DNA of 64,000 bases. It comes from the human T2T-CHM13v2.0 reference genome, Homo sapiens. Of the stretch, positions 15,900-28,558 are shown piece by piece. Under the pieces are notes generated by a model, which did no database searches, was not told where the DNA came from, and saw only the letters and a program-made list of their open reading frames with translations. Position 1 is the first letter of the stretch. Every line of letters begins with the position of its first letter. The translations under genes were made by a program, and so were the position numbers. Location of the stretch: assembly GCA_009914755.4 (NCBI GenBank), contig CP086569.2:5824001-5888000 (forward strand). The letters are read 5' to 3'.

Positions 15900-17746
15900 A
15901 TCGTTTATGATCCATTTAACATGCTGCTGTATTCAGTTGGCTAGCATTTTGTTGAGCATTTTTACATCTGTTATAAGAGATATCAGACTGTGTGTTTTTT
16001 TATTTTGTTTTCTTTGGTTTTCATATCCAGATATTATTGGACTAAAATAAAGAGTTGGGAAGTATTTCTTTCTGTTCTGTTTTTGGAAGCATTTATGAGT
16101 AATTGGTATCAGTTATTTAAGTGCTTGTTAGAATACAGTAGCAAAATCTTTTTTTCTGGGTCTTTGTGAATATATTTTTGGTTAGTAATTTAATCTCTGT
16201 GCATGTACTTCTTTTCAGGGTTTTCCTTTTTTTTAAGTCACTTTCAGCATTTTGTGTTTCTCTAGGAACTTTTCTATTTTATGTAAGCTATTCAATTTGT
16301 TGGCATACAATTGGTTATAGTATTCCTTTATAATATTTGAGAAATTTCTGAATAGTTGGTAGTAATGTCACCTAATACTTTAGCTGTGGAATCAGGTCTC
16401 CCTTCCTTCATTCTTGGTTAATTGAACTAAAAGTTTTTCAAGTTTGTTGAATTCTTGAAGCACCAATTTTTGGTTTTGTTGCACTTCTGTATTCTTTTCT
16501 ATTTTAGATTTTACTAATTTCCAGTATAAACTTTATTCTTTTTTCAATATACTTACTTTTAGTTTTCTCTTTTTTCCATTTTCCTAAGGCAGTCAGTTAG
16601 ATTATTGATTTGAGAACTTTCTTCTATCTGAATATAGACATTTTTACCTATATATTTCTCTCTATGCACTATTTAGCTACATCTCATAAGTTTTTGCATG
16701 TGTTTTATATTTTTATTTATTTCAAATTATTTTCTAATTTTCCTTGTGATTATTTATTTGACCCATTTGTTGTATAGAAGTGTATTGTTTAATTTTCACA
16801 TATTTGTGAGTTTCCAAATTTTCTTTATTATTGGTTCCTAGTTCCATTCCATTATAACTGAACCAAAATAATTTGTATTATTTCAATCCTTATAACCTTA
16901 TTTGTCATTTTTTGTTCTCTTTATTTGTTCCTTAATTTCTGTTACCATTTGCTGTAATTACTACAGACTTATACAGCCTTGGTCTCACCTACATCCTTCA
17001 TGATATTATTCACACTAATATCACATATTTGTTTGCTATATAAGCCAGATACAATTATATACATGTTGTCTTATACAATTGTTTTTAAATTTGTTAAGAG
17101 AAGAAATAAGAAATATCTGCTTCTGTGTTAATTTTTCAATTGCATAATTACCTTTGCTGTTGCTCTTTGTTTTTGTATGTGTACGTAAATTATTTTCTGC
17201 AGTCACTTGCTTTTATCCTAAAGAACTTCCTTTGCTATTTATTATAAAGCAGGTTTGCTAACAACACATTCTCTTAATTTTTAAATATTTTTGAAATGTC
17301 TTTATTTTGTCTTCATTGTTGAAAGATATTTTTTCTAAATATAAGATTTTTGATTGCCTTTTTTTTTCTCAAAGCACTTCAAATATGTATCTCACTGCTT
17401 TATGGTCTCCTTTGTTTCTGATAAAAAGGCACTTTTTAATCTTATTGGAGTTTCATTGTAAGTTATAAATAAGTTTGCTCTTGCTGATTGCAAAATTTTC
17501 CTCTTGTCTTTGATTTTCAGCATTTACATTATAAAGTTTCTTTGCCTATTTTTCTGTTTTGCTTACATAGCATTTGTTGAGTTTCTAGAATGTGTTGATT
17601 AAAATTTTTCATCAAATTTAGCAAATTTTGAGCATTATTTTTTGAAGTATTATTTCTGCTTTTTTTACTCCTCTCTGTTACTTTCTTTACTGGTAAGTTT
17701 GTGTGCTTAATGTTCCACATTTCTGTGAGAATATGTTCATTTTTAT
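15900..17746 (-). mobile_element. Old L1M-type ORF2 region, interrupted at 17746 by a small L1 insertion
   Basis: AT-rich sequence with old-L1 ORF2 motifs (ttgcatctgt..ataagagatat.ggactgt-like; the FADD-region reverse complement). Confidence 0.45.
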
Positions 17747-17763
17747 TTATTCTAATTTTCTTT
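17747..17763. repeat. TSD, left copy (ttattctaattttcttt, 17 bp)
   Basis: Identical 17-mer at 17986-18002. Confidence 0.8.
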
Positions 17764-17988
17764 ATTTTATTTTATTTTATTATTATTATACTTTAAGTTT
17801 TAGGGTACATGTGCACAATGTGCAGGTTAGTTACATATGTATACATGTGCCATGCTGGTGTGCTGCACCCATTAACTCGTCATTTAGCATTAGGTGTTTC
17901 TCCTAATGCTATCCCTCCATTGCGGCACTATTCACAATAGCAAAGACTTGGAACCAACTGAAATGTCCAACAATGATAGACTGGATTA
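17764..17988 (-). mobile_element. Very short twin-primed L1PA insertion: about 150 bp of 3'UTR plus tail on - strand, joined to about 70 bp of ORF2 on + strand
   Basis: 17764-17918 is the reverse complement of the L1 3' end (tattattattatactttaagttttagggtacatgtgcacaatgtgcaggttagttacatatg...ctaatgctatccctcc). 17919-17988 is + strand ORF2 (attgcggcactattcacaatagcaaagacttggaaccaac..aaatgtccaacaatgatagactggatta), which lies about 170 bp upstream of the first segment in an intact L1. It is flanked by perfect 17-bp TSDs. Confidence 0.75.
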
Positions 17989-18002
17989 TTCTAATTTTCT
18001 TT
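17986..18002. repeat. TSD, right copy (ttattctaattttcttt)
   Basis: See 17747-17763. The first 3 nt overlap the L1 ...gatta end, so the exact boundary is ambiguous. Confidence 0.8.
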
Positions 18003-18180
18003 TAATTTTTGATTTATATAATTTCTATCAATTTATCTTCAAGTCTGCTAATTCTTATACCATGAAGCATCTTTAGTAAATTGTTCATTTTTCATTATTG
18101 TATCTATCAATTCCATAGTTTTCATTTTAATAACTTATCTCTTTATTAATATTCTCTGATGAAACATTGTCAATTACCTG
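18003..18180 (-). mobile_element. Continuation of the old L1M interrupted at 17746
   Basis: Inferred from its position after the TSD. The sequence is AT-rich. Support is weak. Confidence 0.3.
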
Positions 18181-18182
18181 TT

Positions 18183-18602
18183 TGATACAGTTTGGATCTG
18201 TGTACCCACTAAATCTCATGTCGAATTGTAATCCTCAATGTTGAAGGTGGGACCTGGTGGAAGGTGATTGGATTATGGGGGCAAATATTTCATAAATGGT
18301 ATAGCATCATCTCTCTTGGTGATGTCCTCATGATAGCAAGTTCTCATGAGATCTGGTTGCTTAAAAGTGTTTCGCAGCTCTCCCCTCTCACTTTTGCTCC
18401 TGCTCTGGCCATGTGACATATCTGCTCCCCTTTTACTTTCTGCCATAATTACAAGTTTTATGAGGCCTCTCCAGAGCCCAATCATATGCCGCTATATTTC
18501 CTGCACAGTCTGCTGAACCATGAGACAAGTAAACCTCTTTTCTTTATAAAGTACCCAATCCCAGGTATTTCTTTATAGCAATATGAGAAAAGACTAATAC
18601 AG
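18183..18602 (+). mobile_element. MaLR LTR (THE1/MST-like)
   Basis: Starts tgatacagtttggatctgtgtaccc.ctaaatctcatgt.gaattgtaat... Contains ...gtaagtttt..atgaggcctctccag... and ...aaacctcttttctttataaagtacccaatcccaggtatttctttatagcaatatgagaaaagactaatacag. Confidence 0.8.
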
Positions 18603-19757
18603 AAAATTGGTACCAAGGCTTAAAGCATTGTTATCAAGATACCAAAAAATGTGAAAGCAGTTTTGGAATTGGGTAAGAGGCAGATGTTGGAAGTGTGTTG
18701 AGGGCTCAGAGGAAGACAGAAAGATGAGGGAATGTTTGGAAATTCCTAGAGATTGGTTAAATGGTTGTGACTAAAACACCAATAGTGATATGAACAATGA
18801 AGGCCAGGCTATAGAGGTCTCAGACAGATAAGAGAAACTTATTGGGAACTGGAAAAAAGGTCATTTTTGTTATGCTTGAGCAAAGAATTTGGCTGCATTG
18901 TACATCTGCCCTAAAGATCTGTGAAACTTTAATGTTCAGAATGATAATTTAGGGTAGCTGGTGGCTGGTGAAAGACATTTCTAAGCAGCAAAGCATCCAA
19001 GAAGTGTCCTGGCTGCTTCTAACAGCCTATGCTTATATGATATGCATGAGCAAATAAATGACTTAAGGCTGGAACTTGTATTTAAAGGGTAAGTAGAGTA
19101 TAGAAGTTTTGAAAATTTACAGCTTGGCCTTGTGGTAAAAATGAAAAGCTTATTTGCAGGGGAAGAAATCAGGCAAGCAGCAGAAATTTTCATAAGTAAA
19201 AAGGAGCCAAGTTTTAACAGCCAAGAAAATGGGGAAAAAGCCTCAAAGGCATTTCAGAAATCACCGTGGCAGCCACTCCTATCATGGACCCTGAGGCATA
19301 GGGGGACCAAATAGTTTGTGGGCCAGCATAAGGACCCCAATGCCCTGCATAACATGGTTACAATGCAACCTGCATTCCAGCCATTCCAGCTCCAGCCATA
19401 CCTCAAATGTGCCTAAGTACAGCTTGAGCTGCTGCTTCAGAGGGTGAAAGTGGAAAGTCTTTGTGGTTTTCAAATGGTGTTAAGTCTGTGGGTGCACAGA
19501 ATGTAAGAGTAAAAGGCATGGGAACCTTGACCTAGATTTTAGGGGATGTATTGAAAACCCTGCATGTCCAGAAAGAAGCCTGCTGCAAGGGTGGAACCTT
19601 CATGGAGAACCTCTACTAGGACAGTGTGAAGAAAAAAATGTGGGTATGGAGCCACCACACAAAGTCCCCACTGGGACATTGCCTAGTGGAGGTGTGAGAA
19701 TAGGTCTATTATCCTCCAGACCCAGAAAAATTAGATCCACTGACAACTTGTACCCTG
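18603..19757 (+). mobile_element. MaLR internal region (5' about 1.15 kb of THE1/MST-int)
   Basis: aaaattggtaccaagg...aatgtg.aagcagttttggaattgggtaa.aggcagatgttggaa...tttggaaattcctagagattggttaaatgg...atgaacaatgaaggccaggct...cttattgggaactgg... matches the MaLR-int 5' region. The same block appears at 58173-58790. Confidence 0.75.
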
Positions 19758-20060
19758 CTTGGCTTCTGGAGAGGCCTCATAAAACTGACAATCATGATGG
19801 AATGTAAAGGAAGAACAGACATATTACATGACCAGAGAAGGAGCAAGAGAGAGAGGGAGGAGGTCATACATACTTTTAAACCATCAAATCTCATGAGAAC
19901 TCACTATCATGATGACAGCACCACCATGGATCATGCTAAACCATTCATGAGAAATCTGCCTCAATGATCCAATCACCCACCACCAGGCCCCATCTTCAAC
20001 ACTGAGGATTACAATTCCACATGAGATTTGGTGAGGACACAGATCCAAACCATATAATTC
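19758..20060 (-). mobile_element. MaLR LTR in inverted orientation, partial (LTR nt about 1-300)
   Basis: Reverse complement reads gtggaattatatggtttggatctgtgtcctcaccaaatctcatgtggaattgtaatcctcagtgttgaag...cagttttatgaggcctctccagaagcc. It is about 85% identical to LTR 18183-18500. Confidence 0.75.
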
Positions 20061-20165
20061 CACTCCTGGCATCTGCAAATCTTATGTCCTCACATTGCAA
20101 AATACAATCATGCTTTGCCAACAGTCTCCTAAAGTCTTAACACATTCCAGCATTAACTGAAATTC
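20061..20165 (-). mobile_element. Short MaLR-int 3'-end fragment (reverse complement) adjoining the inverted LTR
   Basis: ...gtctcctaaagtcttaacacattccagcatt.actgaaattccaaggtccaaagtc.catct... resembles the int segment that directly follows the reverse-complement LTR at 50085-50230. Confidence 0.35.
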
Positions 20166-20440
20166 CAAGGTCCAAAGTCACATCTCATTTATAAGTTGGA
20201 GCTAAATTATGAGAACACATGAACACAAAGAGGAAAACAACACACACTGGGGCCTATTGGAGAGTAAAGGGTGGGAAGAGGGAGAGGATCAGGAAAAATA
20301 ACTAACAAATATTTTGCTTAATTCCTGGGTGATGAAATAATCAGTACAAGAAACCCCCATGAAACAAGTTTACTTATGTAACAAAGCTACACATGTACCC
20401 CTAAACTTAAAATAAGAATTGAACATAGAATAATGTTTGA
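20165..20440 (+). mobile_element. Old L1 3'-end fragment (ORF2 stop region plus 3'UTR)
   Basis: ...ataagttggagctaaattatgagaacacatgaacacaaagagg.aaacaacacacactggggcctattggagagtaaagggtgggaagagggagagg...aacaaagctacacatgtacccctaaacttaaaataagaat. Confidence 0.5.
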
Positions 20441-22689
20441 GGACAGTGTTTGAGATTAGTTCTGACCCTGTAATGTCACTTAGTGGTGTCTTTCCTTGGT
20501 TCTCTTTGGTAAACTAGCTGGGCTAAAATTTAGCCTTTATCTCTGATGAATTCACTTCCACTGTTTTTGAGCACACCCTTAGGCTTGAACTTCTTCATGC
20601 TCTGTTGAAAATAAATGTCAGTTCCTTTGAGAAGAACTTCAGAGCTCTCTGTTTTATGGTCCTTTTCCTTGGGCAAATTCTATTAACAACGACTAGGGGC
20701 AGGGACAGTTATGTCCTTCACTCTGAGTGACACCTCTGTTATTGGAAATCAGCACACAGCAGAGAGAGATAGTACATCCTGTTCTGTGTGGCTTGTCTTT
20801 CCAGTTTTAGAATCTTTGCTTTATAAATAAGCTGGGAAATTATAATTAAAAATGTGCCAGTATTATCAGTGCACTGTGGCCAATTTAGAGCTTCTTTCCT
20901 ATATGAGTGGGACTGGGTGAAAGAAAAAAGCCTCTCTTTTTAGTTGCAATAACCAAAAACACAGCTTCAGTAACAGGTAACTGGGGAGAAAAATGATAAA
21001 AGGTGATGTTGTGCCCCTCCTGGAAGATACCATAGCTCTCCAACTGGGAGCTAAGGGGAAGACAAGTTTTGGTATGGCTGTATTTCTGTAGAGTTTTACT
21101 CATGCTGAGTTAGGAGGGGAGTGGTAGAAAATGTAGTATGGTTCAAATAAAACAGATTTTTATATTCTTTAATTAGGTTTTATATAGTAATGGTTTTTCA
21201 TTTGCTGTCTGTATCTAGGAACACTTTCCAAGACTTTAAATGTTTTTTTAAATATAATTTATCCCAGTTTAACTGCGGAGTCGGCCTATACTACTAGGAG
21301 GGAAATCTTACCAGGTTGCTTCTTAATCATAGAAGAGGCAGTAGCTCCCTTGGTGGTTTAGTTCTGCAATATGACTGCAAATTTTTCCTGAAAGTATAAC
21401 CTAGAGTTTATTTCTTCAGTAGTTTGAATTAGTTGGCAAGCCATTCCCTTTAATAAATTCATTTCTGCTTAAATTAGGTAAAATTGATTTCATTTTCTGC
21501 AACTGAACATTTACCAATAGACTTCAAGGTACTCAGAGCATGCTGATTATACAGTGATCTAAACAGCTTGTTTCAGGTCTTAATTTCACATTGACAAACA
21601 TAAATCTTGGCCTTTCGCACCTATGTGATTTTGCATTTATATATTGTCTCTTTTCAAGCCAGGTGACCCTAGAGAAATTATTCTTGTTTCCAGAATCATA
21701 GATACAGGTAAGTTTTTTGTCCGAAATTTACTCTCTTGCTAGCTAATTTTTCTATGCGTATCTCTTTAATGTCTATATTATATCTCTCATAATTATTCTG
21801 GATAAGGTGAGTTTAAACTGTTTCTGAATTGTGCTTGGTTTTAACTTCTGATTTCACTTTATTTCCAACTAATGGCTGATTATGCTACACCTTATACCTT
21901 GCTAACAATTAGAAGCAGATTCTTCACCAGCCAGTTAACTTCAATGACCATTTTGAATAGGAGATTTTACTGTTGTCTGAACTGTAATCATGGAAATATA
22001 ATTATCTTAGAGTCATATCATAGAAGTACTTAGCATTCAAGTACCCCTCATTAGCTGGGCTTCAATCTCTGATCCTTTCATGGGCCAAGTCTTAAAGAAT
22101 AGTTCATAATTCTGCAAGTTTGTGGATATATAATGTCAAGGCTAGCTGACAAGCAAGGTCTTTATTACAGTACGCTCTTGTTAATTAATAACATTACTTA
22201 GTAGAGAAGTTATAGGTTCTTAGCAAAACTGAGTAAAAAGTTAAAAGAGTTTCCATCTGCCTCTGGTCTCACACGAGGACAACCTCTCTCACTATCAACA
22301 TCCTGACTCAGAGTGTTACAGTTGTTACAATCAATGAACCTACATTAGCAATTTATTATCAAACAAAGTCCACAGTTTACATTGAGGCTCACTCTGGGTG
22401 TTGTACCTTCTGTGGATTTTGACAAAGGTATAATAACATGTATTTACAATTATGGTGTTTTACAGAATGGTTTTCCTGTCCTAAAATTTTTTTGTGCTCT
22501 TCCTATTCATATTTCCCTCCCGACAACCACTAATCTTTTTACTATCTCTATAGTTTTTCCTTTTCCAGAATGTCATATAATTGGAATCATACAGTATGTA
22601 GCCTCTTTAGATTGGGTTCTTTCACTTGGTAACATGCATTTAGAGTACCTTCATGCCTTTTCATAAATCAATAGCTAATTTATTTTTAG

Positions 22690-25600
22690 TGCTCAGTAAT
22701 ACTCCATTGTCTGGCTGCATCACAGCTTATGTATTCAATACCTACTTAAGGACATCTTGGTTGCTTCCAAATGCTGGCAATTATAAACAAAGGTGGTCTA
22801 AACAATTTTATTCAGGTTTTATGTGGAAATAAGTCTTTAATAATTTTGGGTAAATATTAAGGAGTGTGATTATAAGAACTTATGGTAAAAGTATGTTAAA
22901 TTTTCTAAGAAACTACCTAACTACCCACCAAAGTGGTTGTACCATTTTGCAATCCCAGCAGTAATGAATGAAAGATCCTGCTTTTCTACATCCTCACCAG
23001 CATTTGATGTTGTTAGTGTTTAGATGTCATCCATTTTAATAGGTGTGTAGTAGTAGCTCGTTGTTGTTTTAATTTGCAGTTCCCTACGAAAATATGATGC
23101 TGAGCATATAATATTTTCATGTGCTTACTTGCCATCTACATATATACTTTGATAAAGTATCTGTTCAAGTCTTTTGCTCATTTTTAAAAACTGAATTGCT
23201 CCATATATTACTATTGAGTTTTATAAGTGTTTGAAATGCTTTTTTCTCAGTGCCGTAAAGAAATAGCACTTGAAGATAAATTTAATTTCCTCAGCAAGGC
23301 CATTTTAACTTTCTGCAGAAAGCATACACTTGCCAGCAGTTTTGCCATGAGAGTACACCGAACAAAGGAGACAGGGTCATTTATAACCTGACGCATCCAC
23401 CCTATTGCTGTGTCCGGTTTCCATTGGCTGGAATGGGACCTCACATTCTGTATTTGTGCTGATTGGCTAGCAACTTAGAAATTTTTAAAAGAAGCAAAGG
23501 CAGAGGAGAAAAAAGAAGGAGGAAGTAAACTTGTGGAATGTTGAGAAAGGTAAAAACACCTTCAAATAAGGAAGAGGAAAAGGCTATGACTTAATGCTTG
23601 CTTAGACCAGTATAAGCATGCCAGGGCAAATATTTAGGCTAAATTGTGGGAGCTAAGAATATAAAGTACATTGATTTCTTTATTACAGCTAGCAGATATT
23701 TAAGAATGTTAGAACAGCTCTTTGAATAAATTTTGCTTCTAAGAGAAGTTGCTATTTATTCCTAATTAGATGGGGAGGAAAGTCTTTGAAGAGGAACCTC
23801 TACTTTACTTTTTACATAAGTTTTTAAATATATATTTAGATAATAGTCATTTATAAAATGTGTCTTTTGGAAATACTTTTTTTCCAGTTTTGGCTTGCCT
23901 TCTCATTTTCTCAAAAGTGACTTTTTTAAGAGCAGAAGTTTGTAATTTCAATGAAGTCCAGCTTATCGATTATTTATTTCATAGATCATGCCTTTAGTCT
24001 TGTAAAAATTATCACCATACTCAAAATAATCCGGTTTCTCTTTTCTGTTATCTTCTACAAGTTTTATAGTTTTGTGTTTTATTCTGATGTCCATGATTTG
24101 TTTTCAGTTAATTTTCTTGAAAGATATTAAGTTCTGTGTCAACATTCTTTTATTTTAATAGATATGTCCATATATTTCAACACATTTGTTGAAAATACTA
24201 TGTTTGCTCAATTTTATTGCCTTTGCTTCTTTGGTCAAAGATTAATGAACTACATTATGTGGGTTTATTTCTGGTCTCTGTATTTAGTTACACTGATCCA
24301 TTTGTTCTTTCACAAATAGAAAACTGTCATTATTACTTTAGCTTTACAGTAAGTCTTGAAGTCAGGTACTATCAGTACTCCATATTTGCTCTTCTTTAAT
24401 ATTGAATCGGCAATCATGAGTTCTTTACCTCTTCATATAAGCATTAGAATCAATTTTTCACTATTCACACTACTTGCTGGGATTTTGATTGGGATTGGTT
24501 GTATATATAGATAGATCAAGTTAAAAAGCTCTAGCATATTAAAAACATTGAGGCTTTCTATCTATAAACATGGAATATATCTCCATTTATTTAATTATTG
24601 ATTTCTTTATTAGTTTTATAGTTTTAAAAAATATAGCTCTTGCACATGTGTTGTTAAATTTATACCTATGTATTTTATTTCTGTGGGTGCTAATGTAAGT
24701 GGTAATGTGTTTTTAATTTAAAATTCTACTGTGTCTTTTTTTGCTAATATATAAAAAGTCAATTGACTTCAGTAAATTAAACTTATATTCTGCAACCTTG
24801 CTACAATTGTTTATTAGTTCTAGGAGGTTTTTGTTGATTCTTTTGGATTTTCTACATAGATATTAATGTCTTCTGTGAACAAAGACAGTTTCGTTACTTC
24901 CTTTTCAGTCTGCATAACTTTTATTTCCTTTTATTGTCTTATGAAGTTACAAAGAAATTCCAGGATGATGTTTAAAAGCAGTGGTAAGATGGTATGTCCT
25001 TGCCTTGTTCCTGATCTTAGTAGATAAGCATCAGGTTTTTCACTATTAAGGTGGTGTTACCTATACTATTTTTTGTAAATGTTACTAATCAAGTTGAAAA
25101 AGTCCCCCTCTGTTACTAGTTTTTTTAGAGTTCTAATTATAAAATGATATTAAGTTTTGTCAGATGCTTTTTCTGCATCACTTTATATGATCAAGTGGTT
25201 TTTCATCTTTAGTCTGCTGACATTAGGGAGTTTTAAGTATTCTTGAAATATTGACTACCTTATCCTTATTTAACGCCCCCCTTTAATAACTTTCTTGATT
25301 CTAAAGTCTTCTCTGAGATTAATACAGTTGCTTCTGCTATCTTTTCATTAGTGTTATTATGGTATATCTCTATCCATCCTTTTACTTTTAATCTATATGT
25401 GTTTTTATATTTACAGTGGGTTCTTTTTTCTGGTCAAATTATAGTTGAGTTTTGTTTTTAATACCCACTCTGACTGTTTCTGCCTTTAAATCAGTGTATC
25501 TAAACCATTGACATTCAAGGTAATTATTGATACAGTTGGATTAATATCTACTACAATTGTTACTATTTAGTCTAGTTGTTGCCCGTGTTCTTTGTTTCTA

Positions 25601-28030
25601 TTTTTGTTTTTCATACTTTTTCTATCTTTTGTAATTTTAATTGAGAATTTTATGTGCTTTCTTTTTCTCTCTTTTTTTAGCATATCGATTATATTTATTT
25701 AAAAAATTTTTTCTAGTGGTTGTTCTAGAGTTTGCAATATACATGTACAACTAATCCAAGATTACTTTCAAATAACACTATACTATTTCATAGGTAGTGT
25801 GAGTACCTTATAATAACAATGTATTTCTAATTTCTCCCTCTTATTTCTTGTGTAATTTATGTTATCCATTTTATTTACATGTAAGCATTTCACATGAGTT
25901 GGTGTTATTATTTTGAAAAAATTATTATTTTTAGATCAATTAAAAATAAGAAAATAAAAGTTTTTATACTACCTTCACTTATTCTCTAAGGTTCTTTATG
26001 TAGATATGCATTTCTCACTTATATTGTGTTAGTTCATTTTTTGTGTTGCTATATAGAATTAACTGAGGCTGAATAATTTATTTAAAAAATAGTTTACATT
26101 GACTGATAATTTTTCAGGCTGTACTGAAATCATGGCACCAGCATCTGCCCCTAGCAAGGGCCTCAGGAAGATTTCAGTCATGGCAAAATGTGAAAGGGGA
26201 GCAAGTAAGTCACATGGTGAAAGAGAGAGCATGAGAGAGAAGAAGGAGGTCTAAGACCTTTCCAAATGACCAGATTTAATTTAAATTAACTGAGCGAGAA
26301 CTCTATCACCAAGCAGATAGCACTAAGCAATTTATGAGAGAACCACAACTGTGATTCAATACCTGCCAACAGGCCATATCTACAACATTGGGGATCACAT
26401 TTTAACATGAGATTTGGAGGGGACTCTCATCCCAATGATATAAAATATTATTCCTCTTCTCTCTGAATAACTTCTTTTAATCTTCCTTGCAAGGCATGGC
26501 TAGTGGCAGCAAAAATTCTCAATTTTTGTTAGATAGAGTCTTCATTTATCTTTCACTTTTGAAGGGTAATTTTATAGAATTTAGAATTCTAGGTTGTTGA
26601 TACTTTCCTCTTAACTGTAAATATTTTACTCCACTCTCTTAATGCTTGTGTGATTTCTGAGGGGCTGTTGGTTTTAATTGTTATTTGTTTTTCCGTAGGT
26701 AAGATGTTTCCTACCCCCATCCCCGGCTTCTTTCAAGATTTCTTAAGTTTTCTGCAGTTTGAACATTATATGCCTAGGTATGATTCTTTTTTGTATTTAT
26801 CCCACACGGTATTCTCTGCTTCCTGGATTTGTGCTTTTGTGTATGACATTAACGTGCAGAAATTCTCAGTCGATACTGCCTGAAATATGTCTTTTTTTAT
26901 GTTCTCTTCTTTCTTCTCCTTCTGGCATTCCAATTAGGCATATGTTTCACCTTTTGTCATTGAACAACAGTTCTTGAATATTTTGAATTTTTTCCATCTT
27001 TTTTCTTTGAATTTTAATTTTGGAAGTGTCTATTGTCATATTCTCAAGCACAGAGATTGTTTCCTCAATTATTTCTGGTCTACTATTGAGCCTTTCAAAG
27101 GCATGCTTCATTTCTGTTACAGTGTTTTTTATCTCTAGCATTTCTCTTTGATTATTTCTTATAATTTCCATCTCTTGTACATTAGCTATATTTTTGTGTG
27201 TTATCTACTTTTCCATTAATGCCCATAACATATTAATCATAGTGATTTTTAAAAATCCCTACTCTGACAATTCCAACATCATTGCCATATATAACTTTGG
27301 TTCTTGTGCTTGCTTATTTTCTTCAAACTGTACTTTTTGTCTTCAAATATGCCTTGTATTTTTTAAATTAAAATATGGGCATGATGCACTTGATAAAGTA
27401 ACTGAGGTAAATAGGCCTTTAATAATGTAGTGATAAATTATGGAAAGTGAAAATAGCATTGTACAGTAACATAATTAGATCTCAGTCTTTTGATGAGTTG
27501 TGGTCCTGGATTGTAACCTCCACTAGTGCTTCTTGTGTTTTTTCTCCCTTTTTAGGTGGAATAGAATGGCTAGGGGGGCTGGAGTTGTATATTTCCCTTT
27601 TCCTATGTGCAAAGCTAGAGTTGGCTAGAGTCAGATATTTACCTTTCCCCAGTTAGATTAGGCTCTGGTAAAATGCCAGCAGGTTAGATTCTGATAACAT
27701 AGTTTCCTTGAAGGCAGACATTATTTAGAAGTACAGCATGCTCTAGTGTATTACAAAATGATTCATTTTCCCATCCTCCCTGCTGGAAGCACAAGGAGAT
27801 TATTTTTTCCTGATATTTACTGTGAGGACCTGGTGTAGCTTCTGGAGGTAAAATTTACAAAAGTATAGGGGATCCCCACATCCCTGACCACCATGGAGTT
27901 TTCAACTTTTTAGATTTGTCCAAATTGAGACTCCACCAAGTCATCAATTACAATTTATGTTTTCCTCTCCAAGCATTGGTTCTGATAGAGGTTTCTGCTA
28001 GTGATCCACCCCTGCGCCCCCCAACCCTGT
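22690..28030 (-). mobile_element. Old L1M-type LINE-1, about 5 kb, nearly full length. Ends are approximate.
   Basis: The reverse-complement old-L1 motif chain runs throughout: actccattgt.tggctg.a.cacagcttat at 22695, gcagaagtttgtaatttcaatgaagtccagcttatc at 23930, caacattgaggctttctatctataaacatggaatatatctccatttatttaa at 24550, ttctacatagatattaatgtcttctgtgaacaaagacagttt at 24860, and then ORF1/5' region sequence to about 28030. Confidence 0.5.
26105..26445 (-). mobile_element. Older MaLR-type LTR fragment nested in the L1M
   Basis: tcatggcaaaatgtgaaagggg.agcaagt.agtcacatggtgaaagagagagcatgagagagaa.gaaggaggt...accaggccatatctacaacattggggatcacattttaacatgagatttggagggga matches the reverse complement of the MaLR LTR core. 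Confidence 0.5.
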
Positions 28031-28531
28031 GGTTACATTGTAGTCTCTGTATTTTCATGAATGTCTCTCCAGTTTTGAAGGTATTAGCTTTTCTTGTGAC
28101 CTTACTTATTTGATAGATCTAAGAAGAACTGTTGATATGTAAGTTTGTTTAGCATTTTACTTTGGTTTTAGGGCAGAGTGGTAATTTCTAAATTTCTTAC
28201 ATACCAAATCAGAGACATGTCTTTGAGAACTTTAAAGAATGGGAAGTTTATCCAAATGACCAAAAATGAATCAGAAATAGTCTGTTGAATAAAAACATTT
28301 CAGAAAGCAACAGACCAGGACATTATTTTTTTGGAACCTGAAACAAACTGACGAAAGTAAATGAGATCTTATTTACGTAGAAATTGCAATTTAAGGTGTT
28401 TAGAATATATTTATGCTAAAGACATTTACAGGACATAATTATAATTGTTAAAAACCCTCTTTATATCTGTAAAGCATATATTTACTCTTCTTGTTATATC
28501 TATCAGTTACCATATAAATACAGAAATCAGA

Positions 28532-28558
28532 TTTTTTTTTGCTCAAGCAAAAAAAAAA
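28532..28558. repeat. Perfect hairpin-forming inverted repeat, T9-gct-ca-agc-A10
   Basis: tttttttttgctcaagcaaaaaaaaaa read directly. Stem of about 12 bp with a 2-nt loop. Confidence 0.8.
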
